64,000 bases of DNA from the human T2T-CHM13v2.0 reference genome, Homo sapiens. Location of the stretch: assembly GCF_009914755.1 (NCBI RefSeq), contig NC_060940.1, one strand, 5' to 3'. This document shows positions 1-14,365 of this stretch, piece by piece (within the stretch, counting starts at the first letter, position 1; each line of letters starts with the position of its first letter). Both the position numbers and the translations under genes were made by a program. A model generated the notes under the pieces. The model did no database searches. It was not told the DNA's origin and saw nothing but the letters and a program-made list of their open reading frames with translations.

Positions 1-110
1 GGGGATGGCTTGAGCCCAGGAGTTGGAGGCTGTAGTGAGCTATGACCACATCACTCCATTCCAGCCTAGACAACAGAGCAAGTCTCCATCTCAGAAAAAA
101 GAAAAGAAAA
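1..110 (+). mobile_element. Alu 3' portion (cut by window edge)
   Basis: Right-arm Alu sequence and A-rich tail. Confidence 0.9.
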
Positions 111-495
111 GTTGGCTCTGGCCCAGGAGCACGTGGTACAAGATCCTCCTGATTCCCTCCCTCTTCCATCCATCCCTCCTTTTCTCCATATTGACCAAGC
201 ACTAAGTATGCCCTGTACCAGTGAGAGGCATCAGAAATGCAATGATAGCAAGGGAGGACCTCCTGCCCCATCAGTAACAAAGGAGAGCATATAAGCATTT
301 TGTTTCGTGGATTTATTTTTCTTTGAAATAACTGCCCCATGTTTTTCTGTCTCAAACAAATCAGCTGACCTAATTAGTAATGTCCTATGAGTGGTGGTTT
401 TCAGTAATCTGTTGCATCCTCATTTGTCTTTCAGAAGCCCACTGTCTGTTCAGATTTCTGGCCCTTGGAAAACTGCAGAGCTCAATGATTAAATG

Positions 496-610
496 AATGG
501 ACTTTGGAGCCAGGTGACCCTGGATTCCAATCCTGTCTCCACCACTCCAGGCTCTGAGACCTGGGCCAGTCACTCTGCCCTTCTGGCTTTAGCTTCTCCA
601 TTTGTAAAAC
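496..610 (+). mobile_element. MIR fragment
   Basis: gactttggagcc...ttccaatcctg...ccatttgtaaaa core. Confidence 0.6.
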
Positions 611-669
611 AGCACAGAGTGCCAGGCAGGTCAGACTGAATGACAGACAGAAGGGACTTAGCGTCTTCT

Positions 670-849
670 ATGCACTGGATTATGTTCCCCTAAAATTCAT
701 ATACGGAAGCCCTAACCCCCAGTGTGATGGGATTTGGAGATGGGGCCTTTGGAAGGTGCTTATAGCTAGGTGAGGGTATGAGGGTGGGGCCCTCATGATG
801 GGATTAGCGCCCTTATAAGAAGAGACACCAAAGAGCTTGCACACATGTG

Positions 850-892
<43 letters not shown>

Positions 893-1416
893 TCTCTCTC
901 TCTCCCATGCACAAAGAAGAGGTCATGTTGGCCAGGTGCAGTGGCTCATGCCTGTAATCCCAGCACTTTAGGAGGCTGAGGCAGGAGGATCGCTTGTGCC
1001 CAGGAGTTCAAGACCAGCCTGGGCAACATAATGAGACCTTGTCTCTACAAGAATTGTTTACAAAATTAGCTGGGCATCGTGGTGCATACCTGTAGTCCCA
1101 GCCATTTGGGAAGCTGGGGTGGGAGGCTCACTTGAGCTCAGGAGGTCAAGGCTGCAGCAAGCTGTGACCATGCCATTGCACTCCAGCCTGGGTGACAGAG
1201 GAAGACTCTGTTTCAAAAAAAAAAAGAAAAGAAAAAGAAAAGGTGATATGGGCACACAACGAGATGGCCACCACGTGTAAGCCAAAAGAAGAGGCTTCAG
1301 GATGAAACCTACCTTGCCAGCACCTTGATCTTGGACACCCCATCCTCCATAATTGTGAGAAATTCTTCTTGGGTTAAGCCACCCAGTCTATGGTATTTCA
1401 TTATGGCAGCCTGAGC
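670..1416 (+). mobile_element. MaLR LTR (MLT1A-like) interrupted by a (CT)n(CA)n repeat and an Alu
   Basis: ccctaaaattcata...gaagccctaacccccagtgtgatgg start and ttaagccacccagtctatggtatt end. Confidence 0.8.
930..1240 (+). mobile_element. Alu (J-like)
   Basis: Full dimer with A tail. Confidence 0.95.
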
Positions 1417-2289
1417 TAGGGCAGCATAGCTGCAGGAGCAGTGATGGCATGCACTTCTGAAGCCTCTGGTTCATGTCCATCATTAGGTTCGGTCAGGCAC
1501 CAATCAGTCAGGGAGCTGCAACCACCCCTGTCTGCACTTCCCCAAGGAGTGACTGACCCTCCAGGGCCCATCTGCTCCCAGCTCCTCCACCTCATCTGCC
1601 AATTGTTACCAGACTCCCTGTGCACAGCCCTGAGCTGACGGGGGATCTTGAACCCAGGTTTGTTCCCGTGTACCCTGATCTAGGGGAAGCATCCAGTGGA
1701 AGCTGCTGCTTGGCCTCCAGGCCCCAAAGATATGATACAGATGCCTGCAGCCTTGCCCACCACTACCACTCATCTAAGGAATGTGTCCAGAACCTACAGA
1801 CTCTGTGTATGTGTCCATGAAACAAAAGGCTGAATTATTTCCTGATGTTTCACTTCAGACTGAGGTTTGCTGCAAAAGATGAAGGGAGACAGAAAGAGAT
1901 TCACCCACAGAAGTGAGACTTCATTTCTGGAGGGGGAGAGGCCAGGGAATGGGTGACCCTCCAGAAGGATGAGCTAGAAAAACAGGGTCTCCCAATAAGC
2001 AGGTGTGCAGAGCACAGCAACAGGAAACTCATGCAGCAGGCATGAATGAATGAAGGGCCTGCTGTTTACCAGTCCCTGCAGGCACTCTGGGATATAGACA
2101 GGCCACAGGCCATGGGGGCTTAGTGGTCCACAACCCCAGGTGCAACCCAGCCCCTCCACTTAGCATCTGCTCGAGGCCAAAAACAGCTGCTGTTATTTCT
2201 GCCCGCATCCGTTTTCTATCCCTCTGGGAACCATACCCCTGTTGTCCTCTGGGGATCCATCCCATTGGTTCACATGTTCCCAGAGAAGC

Positions 2290-2990
2290 TGATAAGTTCC
2301 AGGGGAGGAGCCCATGATGCCTCTCACCCCAAGCCAATCAGTAACTCCAACGCTCCCAGCCATGGTGGGTACAGGCATGTGACCAGTTCAGAACACTGGT
2401 CACATTCCTGACACGAGCAAATTCACTGGACCTGAAACCAGAGAGGAAGTAGGAACTAGAACGCCTGTCTCCATCTGGCCACAAAATGGAGCCTGAAATT
2501 GAAGTGAACACAACAGAAGCAAGAGCCAGAGATGAGAAACCAAGGCTTCTCTGGGTCAGCGGTGCCTGAAACAGATGCATCCCCAGGCCTCTCCGTTCAC
2601 TGAGTAAATGACCTTTTTTTTGTGAGACGGAGTCTCGCTCTGTCGCCCAGGCTGGAGTGCAGTGGCAGCAATCTCGGCTCACTGCAAGCTCCACCTCCCA
2701 GGTTCACACCATTTTCCTGCCTCAGCCTCCCGAGTAGCTGGGACTAAAGGCACCCGCCACCACGCCTGGCTAATTGTTTTTTATATTTTTTAGTAGAGAT
2801 GGGGTTTCACCGTGTTAGCCAGGATGGTCTCGATCTCCTGACCTCGTGATCCACCCGCCTCGGCCTCCCAAAATGCTGGGATTACAGGTGTGAGCCACCG
2901 TGCCTGGCTGTAAATGACCTTTTTTAAAAAACAAAACAAAAAAAACTATTTTCTGTATAAGCCAGTTTAAATTTTTATCACATACAACAG
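2290..2990 (+). mobile_element. Old ERVL-type LTR remnant (LTR16/LTR33-like) split by an Alu
   Basis: ggcatgtgaccagttc motif and aagccagttt 3' end. Confidence 0.4.
2613..2908 (-). mobile_element. AluY-like
   Basis: Y diagnostics (gcaagctcc, ttagccaggatggtctcgatc); target-site duplication (TSD) gtaaatgaccttttt on both sides. Confidence 0.95.
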
Positions 2991-3751
2991 TTGTAATACA
3001 TGTTCGTACACAAACCAAGTGCAGATTTCTAAAAAAAATAGGGTGCGAACAAAAGACAACGGCGTCTCTAGGTTGCACTTGGTTACTTGTGGTAGGTGAG
3101 GGATTTGTTGATGAGGGGCAGATTTGTGATTACTGTTGGAGCTTATCCAATGCAGACAAAAGAGCTTCTCATCTAAGTGGCTTTGTGGATACCAGATAGA
3201 GCATGACCTTTTCCCCTTCCTTTTTGAGGGTGCTGCACAAGCTGGTAGATTGGTCCTTGGGAACCCCAAGGGGAGATGCCCCCATGCACCCCCTGAGGGG
3301 CCTTTGAGGTTAGAGACCTTCGATTGCCCCCCACCCCCACCCCTGCAGCTGTCTAGGATGGCCATAGGTCCAGGCAGGCTCACTTACCCAGCATTAACAC
3401 ACCAAACTCACCCGGGAATGGGATTCTTAGATCAAGAGAGGGGCAAAGAAAGAAGAGAAGGTTGGCAGAGTGACAGAAGGAATTTCATGTCCAGATGGGG
3501 AGTGGCAGGAAGCAGCTAGATCTGTTCTTAGTCAAGTAACAGAACTTGGCACCCATAGGGGCTCAATAGACTGGTGCTCTCATACATACAAAAGAACAAA
3601 CGAAGGAACGAGTAGACCTCTCAGAGGAGCAGCATAGAGATGGCTATGATCCAGGAGTTTCTCAAGACTTTGGGATGCCATTTGGCAGAGTGTACCCCAA
3701 GTTTGTCATTCAGATTTTTGCCACATTTCCATGCTACTTCACTGTCACTAA

Positions 3752-3841
3752 CTATATATATCTATATATACACACACATATATGTATATATATACATATA
3801 TGTATACATGTACGTGTATATATATATATAGAGAGAGAGAG

Positions 3842-3875
<34 letters not shown>
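3752..3875. repeat. (TA)n/(GA)n compound microsatellite at an Alu tail
   Basis: Direct reading. Confidence 0.9.
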
Positions 3876-3876
<1 letters not shown>

Positions 3877-4148
3877 CTTGCTCTGTTGCCCAGGCTAGAG
3901 TGCAGTGGTGCAATTTTGGCTCACTGTAACCTCCGCCTCCTGGATTCAAGCCATTCTCCTGCCTCAGCCTCCTGAGTAGCTAGGACTACATGCCCACACT
4001 ACCACGAGGGCTAATTTTTGTATTTTTAGTAGTGACGGTGTTTCACCATATTGGCTAGGATGGTCTTGAACTCCTGACCTCAAATGATCTGCCCATGTTG
4101 GCCTCCCAAAGTGCTGGGATTACAGGCATGAGCCACCGTGCCTAGCCC
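3876..4148 (-). mobile_element. Alu (S-like)
   Basis: Antisense Alu dimer. Confidence 0.95.
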
Positions 4149-4324
4149 AATTTTGTTTTTAATGGATGAATGATCAAATGCATGAATTTTGTGCCTGTTT
4201 CCTCTAGGAAATTTGGTATGTTTGGAGGACAGGGTGTCTGCCTTCTTCCTGGCTGTAATCTCTGGTCTTCCTCTACATCTACTGACATCTTCTTTCTTCT
4301 TTCTTCTTCTTCTTCCTCTTCCTG

Positions 4325-4926
<602 letters not shown>

Positions 4927-4959
4927 GATTTATGGTTTCTAATGGAGCAAAGACACAGA

Positions 4960-5524
4960 TGACAGAGCAGGAGCACCATCATCTCAGACAAACACTGCCA
5001 CTTTAAGCTCCAGCTCCCTTCTTAGCCTTATGCATTTTAAGGAAATCACTTCCCTTCTAACTACAAGCAGCCAGAAAGAGCAAACAGTGAAACACAGATA
5101 AAACAACTCAGGCACAGAGGGAGGTAGGGGGAAAGTCTCTTGGGTAAATGCTAAACTTCACCCTCATACAATGGGCTCCAGTAAAACAGTGGGCCTTAAT
5201 AAGTACATTTCTTTCCCTTCAGGTGCACTAAAATAGGGATGGTAAAGGCAGACTCGGGGGGTATGTCTGCAGCTGCAGAAAGATGTATGGGAACAGACAC
5301 ACAACTCTCTCTCCCGAATAAGCACAACAAAAAAACACAAAAGCAGTCCGAGCCTGTAATAAACTCTCCTAACCTGAATCCTTAAAAACTCTGAGTCTGT
5401 AAAAAAGTGTGCCTCTAACCTAACTTGGCCAAACACCCCTCTCAGGTTTGTTTTCTCTAAAATAAACTTGTCTTAACTGCCAAGCCACCTTTCATGTTTC
5501 TTTCCTCTTTCTTTAATTCTTACA
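4960..5524 (+). mobile_element. Solo LTR, probably ERVL class (subfamily not assigned)
   Basis: TG...CA termini, AATAAA at 5461, 5-bp TSD ACAGA/ACTGA. Confidence 0.8.
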
Positions 5525-5649
5525 ACTGACACTGTTAACACTACTGTAGTTTGTTGCTACAATGATAATTGAAGGAAATACTCAGTTGCAGTTAGAGGTT
5601 AGTGAAAAGAAAGATGGACACTTGTCTGTCCCTTGCTTTAAACGTAGGT

Positions 5650-6124
5650 TTTATTATCATTTAGCTATGGTGACACCAACAGATCAGGAGCTGACTGCTG
5701 TTGAAATGATAGCTTGCTACTCACAGATCCCAGAGGAGGAGGCACACCACGCCACGCAGGACAACATGGGGTTTGTCAGGAAGCAAAGCAAACAGGAGGA
5801 AAACTGGGCCAGGGCTTTTATTGTGGTTTTTGCAGGAAGGAATGGGTGAGACAGGGTACACAGGCTTCGAATTTGCCAGTTTGAATAATTTCAGGGGGTA
5901 CTAGGGCATAGGGGCTGTCTCTAGTTGTCTGGAGGTGATTAGGGCTGGAGAAGAGTGGCCCAGTGTGTAAAAGCCCAATGCAGCAGGTGGCTGTGGTGTT
6001 CGGGCTCTGGCGGTTAGGAGAGTCATTTACTACCACTAGGAATTGGCTGGCCCTGCAAGGGGGAGTCTCTCCAGGGCCAGGAACGTCTCAGATGTCAAAA
6101 CATCAGAAACATGTGATTAGTACA
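5650..6124 (-). mobile_element. ERVL-class LTR (MER76/MER68-like)
   Basis: Minus strand begins tgtactaatc...ttttgacatct...ccagccaattcctag. Confidence 0.55.
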
Positions 6125-7538
6125 CCCATCCAAATTCACAGGCTCCCTCACTTTTTACCCGTGGCCACCAGGGTAAGAACCCTATCTGAGAAAGCCCCCA
6201 GCTGAGAATGGCAGCATTAAAACCTGAGAGTCAGAGGTCTGAAACCCAGTGCCTTCCAGGGTCAGGATGACATCGGTGAGCCAGGTATAAAGGACAGCAA
6301 GGGGTGGCGACTGTGGGGACCCAGGTGTTCATGCCTCATAAAGCCAGCTGCTGTCAGCTCCAGCCAGTGGCTACCCAGTGTTGCCAAATCTTCTGAGCTT
6401 TCATGAGAAGCCAGAGATCTAGATTGTGTGTGTGCATGTGCATATGATGCACGTGAGAGAGAGAGAAATCTTGATTTTTTAATGTTTGCGATTCTTTAAA
6501 AAAAAATAACTTTGAGTAAAGCAGATTAATATATTAATAGTAAAAAAATTTTTTTTAAATTGTATAAATAAATAAATGCATCCCTGGATTGCAACAGACT
6601 TGGGGCCACCAGCTGGCAGCCTCTGCCTTGGTTTGTCCCCACCCAGCCTGTCTGGCTCCCCCAGGGTCCTTCTCATCCCCAGAGCATCCCTCATCTTGCT
6701 GTGGGAGACAGTGGCTCCTCTGATTCTGGGCTTGTTTCTTTTGCCTGTGAAATTAAACCTTAAATATTCTTCTAGGCTTAATTTTCAGTTGGCTATGATA
6801 TTCTAGGGAGTGAGGAGAGGGTGTGGGATAATACAGCACAGCTTTTTTCAATGATTTCTTTTCCCCAAGAGCTTCATAACCTTTGAAGTTCAATCCCAGC
6901 TTTGCTATTTTTTAGCCTTAGGACTTTGGATAAGTCCCTAATGTTCTCAACCTTGGATTTTCTCACTTGTACAATGAGGCCAATGATAGTTCTGACCACC
7001 CAGGGCTGTTGTGTTCATTCAAGGACATGCTGCAGGCAAGAGAACCAGCTAGAAACTGTTGAGTGCTGTGAGCCAGAGCTATATGAGTCTTATCTCCGAA
7101 GTTGTTAATCCCACTTCGCTGATGGGCAAACCAAAGCACAAAGATGGATTCATTTGCACTGGGTGCAGAGACAGAGCAGGATTTGAACCAGGCAGGATGT
7201 CTGAACCCACAGCCTCATGATTAATCGCTAGGCTGAGCTGCCTCATGTCAAAGATCTCTCCTTTTACAGATCGGGGAGCTCAGATAAGGGCTGAGACTTT
7301 CTCAAGGTCTAATAAGGACTAGGACAAAAGCTAGTTTTTTACCAGACCTGGAAGCCAGAGAGGGGGTTTGATGGTCAATGGTGAGCAGACCAATTCTCTG
7401 TCCCTTCAGAGTGGACACATAATTGCAGCTTGATGACTCAGGTGAATGCTCATGTCTCTCCAGAATGAGGACATCCTGACATAGCCACCTGTGTAGCTCT
7501 GAGGCTCAACCGGGGTGGGGGGGAGGATAGATGCCTCC

Positions 7539-7942
7539 TGCTGTGGTTTGGATGCATCCCCCAAAAGTTCATGTGTTGAAAACTTAATTGCCAATGTAAT
7601 AATATTAAGAGGTGGGGCTTTAGGAGGGGATTGGGTCATGAGGGTGGAGCCCACATGAATCATGAATAGATTAACGCCCTTATTGCAGGAGCGAGTTAGT
7701 TCTCCCAAGAGTGGATTGTTGTAAAATGAGCCTGGCTAGCTCTTGCAGGTTCTTTCACACATGCTCTCTTGCCCTTCACTTTTCTGTCATGTTATGATGC
7801 AGTACCAAAGCCCTCACCAGAAGCTGCCATCACACCCTTAGATTTCCCAACCTCCAGAACCATGAGCTAAATAAACCTCTATTCTTTATAAATTACTCAG
7901 TCTGTGATATTTAGTTATAGCAACAGAAAATTGGCTAAGACA
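7539..7942 (+). mobile_element. MaLR solo LTR (MST family)
   Basis: TG...CA, aaataaacctctattctttataaattac, TSD CCTCC/CCACC. Confidence 0.85.
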
Positions 7943-8022
7943 CCACCTAAATGCCTGACCCAGAAGTCCCTGTGCTCTTGGATCTGGCTCAAACCAAGAG
8001 GGACATACAAAGTGGAATATAT

Positions 8023-8772
<750 letters not shown>

Positions 8773-8833
8773 TTAAACCATAATAAAAAACTATGTTACT
8801 TTCACCAGAAAAGCTAAATTAAAAAGACTGACA

Positions 8834-9131
8834 GGCCAGGCACATTGTCTCATGCCTGTAATCCCAACACTTTGGGAGGCCGAGGCAGGGGGACCACAAA
8901 GTCAGGAGTTCGAGACCAGCCTGGCCAAAATGGTGAAACCCCATCTCTACTAAAAATACAAAAAAAAACTATCCAGGTGTGGTAGCGCACGCCTGAAGTC
9001 CCAGCTACTCAGGGGGCTGAGGTAGGAGAATGCTTGAACCCAGGAGGTGGAGGTTGCAGTGAGCCGAGTTTGCGCCACTGCACTCCAGCCTGGGCAATAG
9101 AGGGAGACTCCATCTCAAAAAAAAAAAAAAA
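8834..9131 (+). mobile_element. Alu (S-like)
   Basis: Dimer; TSD aaaagactgaca/aaagcctgaca. Confidence 0.95.
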
Positions 9132-9258
9132 GCCTGACAAGACAAAATGTTAGCAAGGACGTGGAGCTACTGGAAATCTCAGAACTCATTTATGGGAATG
9201 GAAAATGGTTCAATCACTTGGGAGAAAGTTGTGGTGGTATTTTATAAAACTAATTACA

Positions 9259-9543
9259 GGTTGGGCATGGTGGCTTATGCCTATAATCCCAACACTTTGG
9301 GAGGCTGAGGCAGGAGGATTACTTGAGCCCAGGAATTTGAGACCAGTCTGGGCAACATAGGGAGACCCTGTCTCTAGACAAATATGAAAATTAGCCAGGA
9401 GTGGTGGTGCACACCTGTAATCCCAGCTACTTGAGAGGCTGAGGTGGGAGGATTGCTTCAGACTGGAAGGTCGATGCTGCAGTGAGCCAGGATCACTCCA
9501 GCCTGGGTGACAAAGCGAGACCCTGTCTCAAAACAAAACAAAA
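9259..9543 (+). mobile_element. Alu (J-like)
   Basis: Dimer; TSD aaactaatta. Confidence 0.95.
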
Positions 9544-9767
9544 CTAAACTAATTATACCTTATGACCCAGAAATTCCTCTTAGCTAATTAGTCAATAAGA
9601 ATTAAAACATATGCTCACCAAAGAAAATTGTACATGAATGTTCATAGCAGCTTTATTATAATAACAAAAAACTGGAAATTGCCCAGGTGTTCATTAACAA
9701 GAGTATGGATAAACAAACTGTGATCTAGCCATACAATGGAATACCACTCAGCAATAAAAAAGGACCA

Positions 9768-10109
<342 letters not shown>

Positions 10110-10799
10110 TCATCAACATTACGTTAAGTGAAAAAAGCCAAACAAAAAAGTATATTCCATTTGTATGACATTCTAGGATAGGCTAAATAACATACAGGAC
10201 AATTCCCAACAAGCAGTAATCATTTGGGCCACAATGTCAGTAGTGCTGAGGTTGAGAAACCTCAACTAAACTAATTTATGGTGGAAAAAACTAGAATAGT
10301 GGTTGTTGTCTCCGTGAAAGCAGAGATTGCCTGTGAATGGGCATGAAGGATGTTTTTCAGGTGATGGTAATGTCTCATATTTCAATATAAATTTTCATTA
10401 CACAGGTGTATGCATCTGTCAAAACTTAGCAAATGTATATTTAAGATTTTTGCATTTATTTGTAAAGTTCATATTAAAAGAAAAGAATGGGTACAATAAC
10501 TGGTACATTATTTGAATGATGAATACACTAAAAGCCAAGACGTCACCACTGTACAAAATATATGTGTAACAGAATTGCAATTGTACCCTTAAATTTATAA
10601 AAGTAAAAAAAGAAAAAACTGAAAAAATAGTGAGCTTTAATGAATGACATGTGATAGGGGGATGGATGGATGGATGGATAGATAGATAGATCAACAGATA
10701 GATTGACCTAGTTCATAATTCTTTACATTAAATTCCCTCTGTCCAAATAACTGATGTGATTTCTGTCTCCCAGGTGGACCTTCATTGATGTATCCATTG

Positions 10800-11340
10800 A
10801 GCAGCCATTCTAGAAGGCAAATCTAATCATGCCATTCCCCTGCTTAAAACCTTTTAATAGTTCCCTATCTTCAAGTTAACCTCTTAGTCCATCATTCAAG
10901 GCTCCTAACCATCCAACCAACATCTACAAATGCATACTATATACTCTAAATTGTAATCACAACCAGCAACTTGCTATTTCATGGACACAAGCTTTTCCTA
11001 TCCCCATCATCCCCAGGTAATTTTGCATATCTTCTTCCCTTTGCCCAGAATGTCTTCCCCACCTTCTCTACCTGGAAAACTCCTATTCTAAGTGTGAGTC
11101 ACCTACTCTGTGAAGCCTTCCTTGACTTCTTCAGGCAGAGCAAAGATTGCCTCTTTTGGTCTTCCCCATTGCACTCCTAGAGCACTTGTCAAATTGTGTA
11201 ACTGTTTGCATAACTGTCTCCCCCTAGACTAGGAGGTGCTCAATCCTGAGGCTCCATCCTCATTCCTTCTCGAATCCTTGAAGCCTAGAATACTGACTTG
11301 TATAGGGCGAAGCTCAATCCATGTTTGTTGAATGAAAAAC
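10800..11340 (+). mobile_element. L2 3' end
   Basis: atcatgccattcccctgcttaaaacctt ... ctcaatccatgtttgttgaatgaa terminus. Confidence 0.75.
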
Positions 11341-11666
11341 ACACAAACAGATCCACGCTACAGTCCACTTGCAAATTTACGTAAGTCATGCCCGCGGGTA
11401 AACAAAAGTGATGTCTAAGATTTAACAAATGATAAAGTTTACATTTTAAAGCTCAAGTTTCATTCTATTTTTAGAAATATATGAACATAATTAATAGCCA
11501 TGGTCTTGTTTTCTCTTTTGGCATCGAGTTTTGCTCATTTTCAGAGGGGTCTGCTTCTGGGAATGGCTTTAACAAGTTCATAAAAGCCAGACTCATCTGA
11601 GGCTTTGCCTAAAGGATAATATTTATCTTATTGAATTAACTTTATTTTTAATCACAATAAATGTTG

Positions 11667-11968
11667 GTTTGTTTTTTGTGGTTTTGTTGTTGTTTTTTGA
11701 GAATCACGCAGGCTGAAGCGCAGTGGCGCGATCTGGGATCACTGTAACCTCCGCCTCCCGGGTTCAAGTGATTCTCCTGCCTCAGCCTCCTGAGTAGCTT
11801 GAATTACAGGCGCCCACCGCAATGCCAGGCTAATTTTTTTGTATTTTTAGTAGAGATGGGGTTTCACCATTTTGGCCAGGCTGGTGTCAAACTCGTGACG
11901 TCAAGCGATCTGCCTGCCTTGGCCTCCCAAAGTGCTGGGATTACAGGCTTGAGCTACTGCGCCCGCCT
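11667..11968 (-). mobile_element. Alu
   Basis: Antisense dimer; TSD ttaatcacaata. Confidence 0.95.
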
Positions 11969-12644
11969 TAATCACAATACATGTATTCTTATTTTATTAT
12001 TAAAATTATACAGACTTTGGAAACTACAGTGGAAAATAAAACAGATAAGTATAAAGAAGAAACTAAAAATTCCCTTAAAATCCACCACCTGGATATAACC
12101 ACTCTTAGCATTTGGTGAACCAAATGCACCAGTAGGAGCTCAAGCTGCTTCTTTCTGCCATGATCTGGTAGGTTATATTTTTCAGGGTTTCAGACTGGCT
12201 CTCTTATGTCCTGGCTGACTGCTGAGCCTCAGCACACAGAGAGCCAAGGCCTTGCCCTTGGTGAATAGACACCCCAGTCATAAATCACAGGTCTCCGCTC
12301 TGAAATCCATCGGGCTTGTGTGAGCATGAGTTCAAAGAAGAAAACAATGATCAGATAATATCTGCTGAGTAATCAGTCCAATGACAAGTTGAAAAAACAC
12401 ACTCATATTTGAAAAACAGGATTATTGAATTAGCAAAAGGGAACATATTAGACAGCAGGTCTGAGTTTCCAAATGTCTTTTTGAAATAATTAACTCCAGG
12501 AAGTAGGGATGGAGTACATTCATTGCAAATGGGAACGGCTGCAGGACTGCTAGCTAGAAGGCGGCCCTGGGGAAGGGGTGTACAGAAGAGGGCTTGGGTG
12601 AGGGGCTATCCTATGAAACCAGGCATTTCTACCAATATGAAAAG

Positions 12645-12830
12645 GCTCTCGGCAGAGTGGTTAAAGGTGTGGGCTTAGAGATCCAGGCTCGAGTCTTTGC
12701 TCCACCACTGACCAGCTGTAAGACTGTCAGCAAGTTAAGTTTTAACTTCCTCAAGCCTTGGTTTTCTCATCTGTAAAATGGGAATAATCTAAATTCCTAA
12801 TTGATGGGATTGTAGTGACAACTATATAGA
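12645..12830 (+). mobile_element. MIR
   Basis: agagtggttaaag...ttttctcatctgtaaaatgggaataat. Confidence 0.75.
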
Positions 12831-14179
12831 ACTTTTCAGATGGATTCGCAGTCCATGGTGAGCCCTTGAGGCTTGCTGATGATGATTGTGCTTGTTCCTA
12901 TGAAGAATGAGATGGAAGAAGGGCAGGTGTGTGTTCACAAGGGGCACAGTTGATTCTGGATTAAGAGGGCATTGAATGTGGTGAAGGTCACTGAAATCAC
13001 TTGAGACCTTAGACTCTTGCTGATTCACTATAGGAAAGAAATCACACAATGAGATTTAAAGCAGATGAAGCCGGCCTCCAGAATCTCTTAAGAAAAAATA
13101 AAAGGCAGCGGTGTGTGGGTGGGGGGGTGCTCCTGGTAAACCAGTGAGCTATTGCTGCAAGACTATTCTCCTCCTCTGCCTCCTATTTACCAGGCACCCA
13201 CTAGCCCAACAAGGCACAGGATGCAATGACGAAATGCTGGCACTTGGGGCTTGTGGCTTCCTGGACACCAATCACACTGTTATCTAAGTTGTCTCATCGC
13301 CCTAACAGCAGACTTTTCAAGTTGTGCTCCCAAGACTGGGGAAGACTTTGATGTAGATCCAGCATCACTTACCTGTGCCTCCAGGATGAGGCATCTGCAG
13401 AACCAACGTCAATTGACCTGGATCCAAGAACAGTTATGGTGATTGGAAATTGATCAAAATACGGAGATCAACGATGCTCAATAGGAGGAAGAGAGAGATG
13501 GCAAGGTCTGGGAAAGCTCGTTCCTTTAATTCTCAGGGTCTTAGGATGGAGGAGAAGGAGCCTGGAGACAGGACTCTGGAAGTCTAGAACTCTTCCCAGG
13601 GGTATCTGGGCAATCCCCAACAGAGCACTTGGTCTCTAATTTCTCAGAGTGGCCACCTGCTTTGGACTCACTCAGGAAACTTATTAAGGATACAGATGCT
13701 TTGGTGCCCTTGTCCCCAACCAACCAGGGTCCCAGGGTCAGGACTCAGGGGTTTTGTGAGTCACAAGGTCTCCAGATGATTCTGAGACTTTCAACCAGAG
13801 ACTTTAAAGTAGGGAGGAGAAACCAAGATGCCTGTCCTTCGGCTTTATGTGCTAACACTTGCCAAATGCCTTCAAATCTGAGGAAATGGGAGGGAAGAGT
13901 TCAGTTCAAGAAGGGAAAACTTCGGCGATGACCTGGGGTTTTCACTTTTATTTTCTAGAATTCCATAATGTTAGCCATGGCTTTAAGCAACTGCTCAATT
14001 CAGCTATTGCCCATTTTATAGACATGGAAACTGAGGTGAAGATGACCAAACTCCTGCCTAAAGCCCAACGAATTCTGCCTGTGGAACCCTGGGCTTCTCC
14101 TCTCCTCCTGGTGTTCTTTCTTCCCCAAGTTTGTGATCCAAACGCATGCATCGTCAAAAGCTCATTTTCAGTGTTTGCT

Positions 14180-14365
14180 GTCCCTCAGGCTCTGTGCTGA
14201 ATGCGTTCTATGCACTCTCATTTAATCTTCATCATGATTCAATGATATAAAGAGAAGGAAAATAATGCTCAGAGAGATTCAGCAATTTGCTCAACATCAC
14301 ACAGCTCCAAAGCTGTGGGATCCCAGGGTTCCCAGGGGCCCTGCTCCCAACCTTAACTCTAGATC
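14180..14365 (-). mobile_element. MIR
   Basis: ctcatttaatcttcat...ctcagagagattcagcaatttgctcaacatcacacagc. Confidence 0.65.

Noticed and set aside
12225-12245. REST/RE1-like sequence tcagcacacagagagc (also a partial match at ~17541)
   Set aside because: Wrong half-site spacing and too many mismatches.
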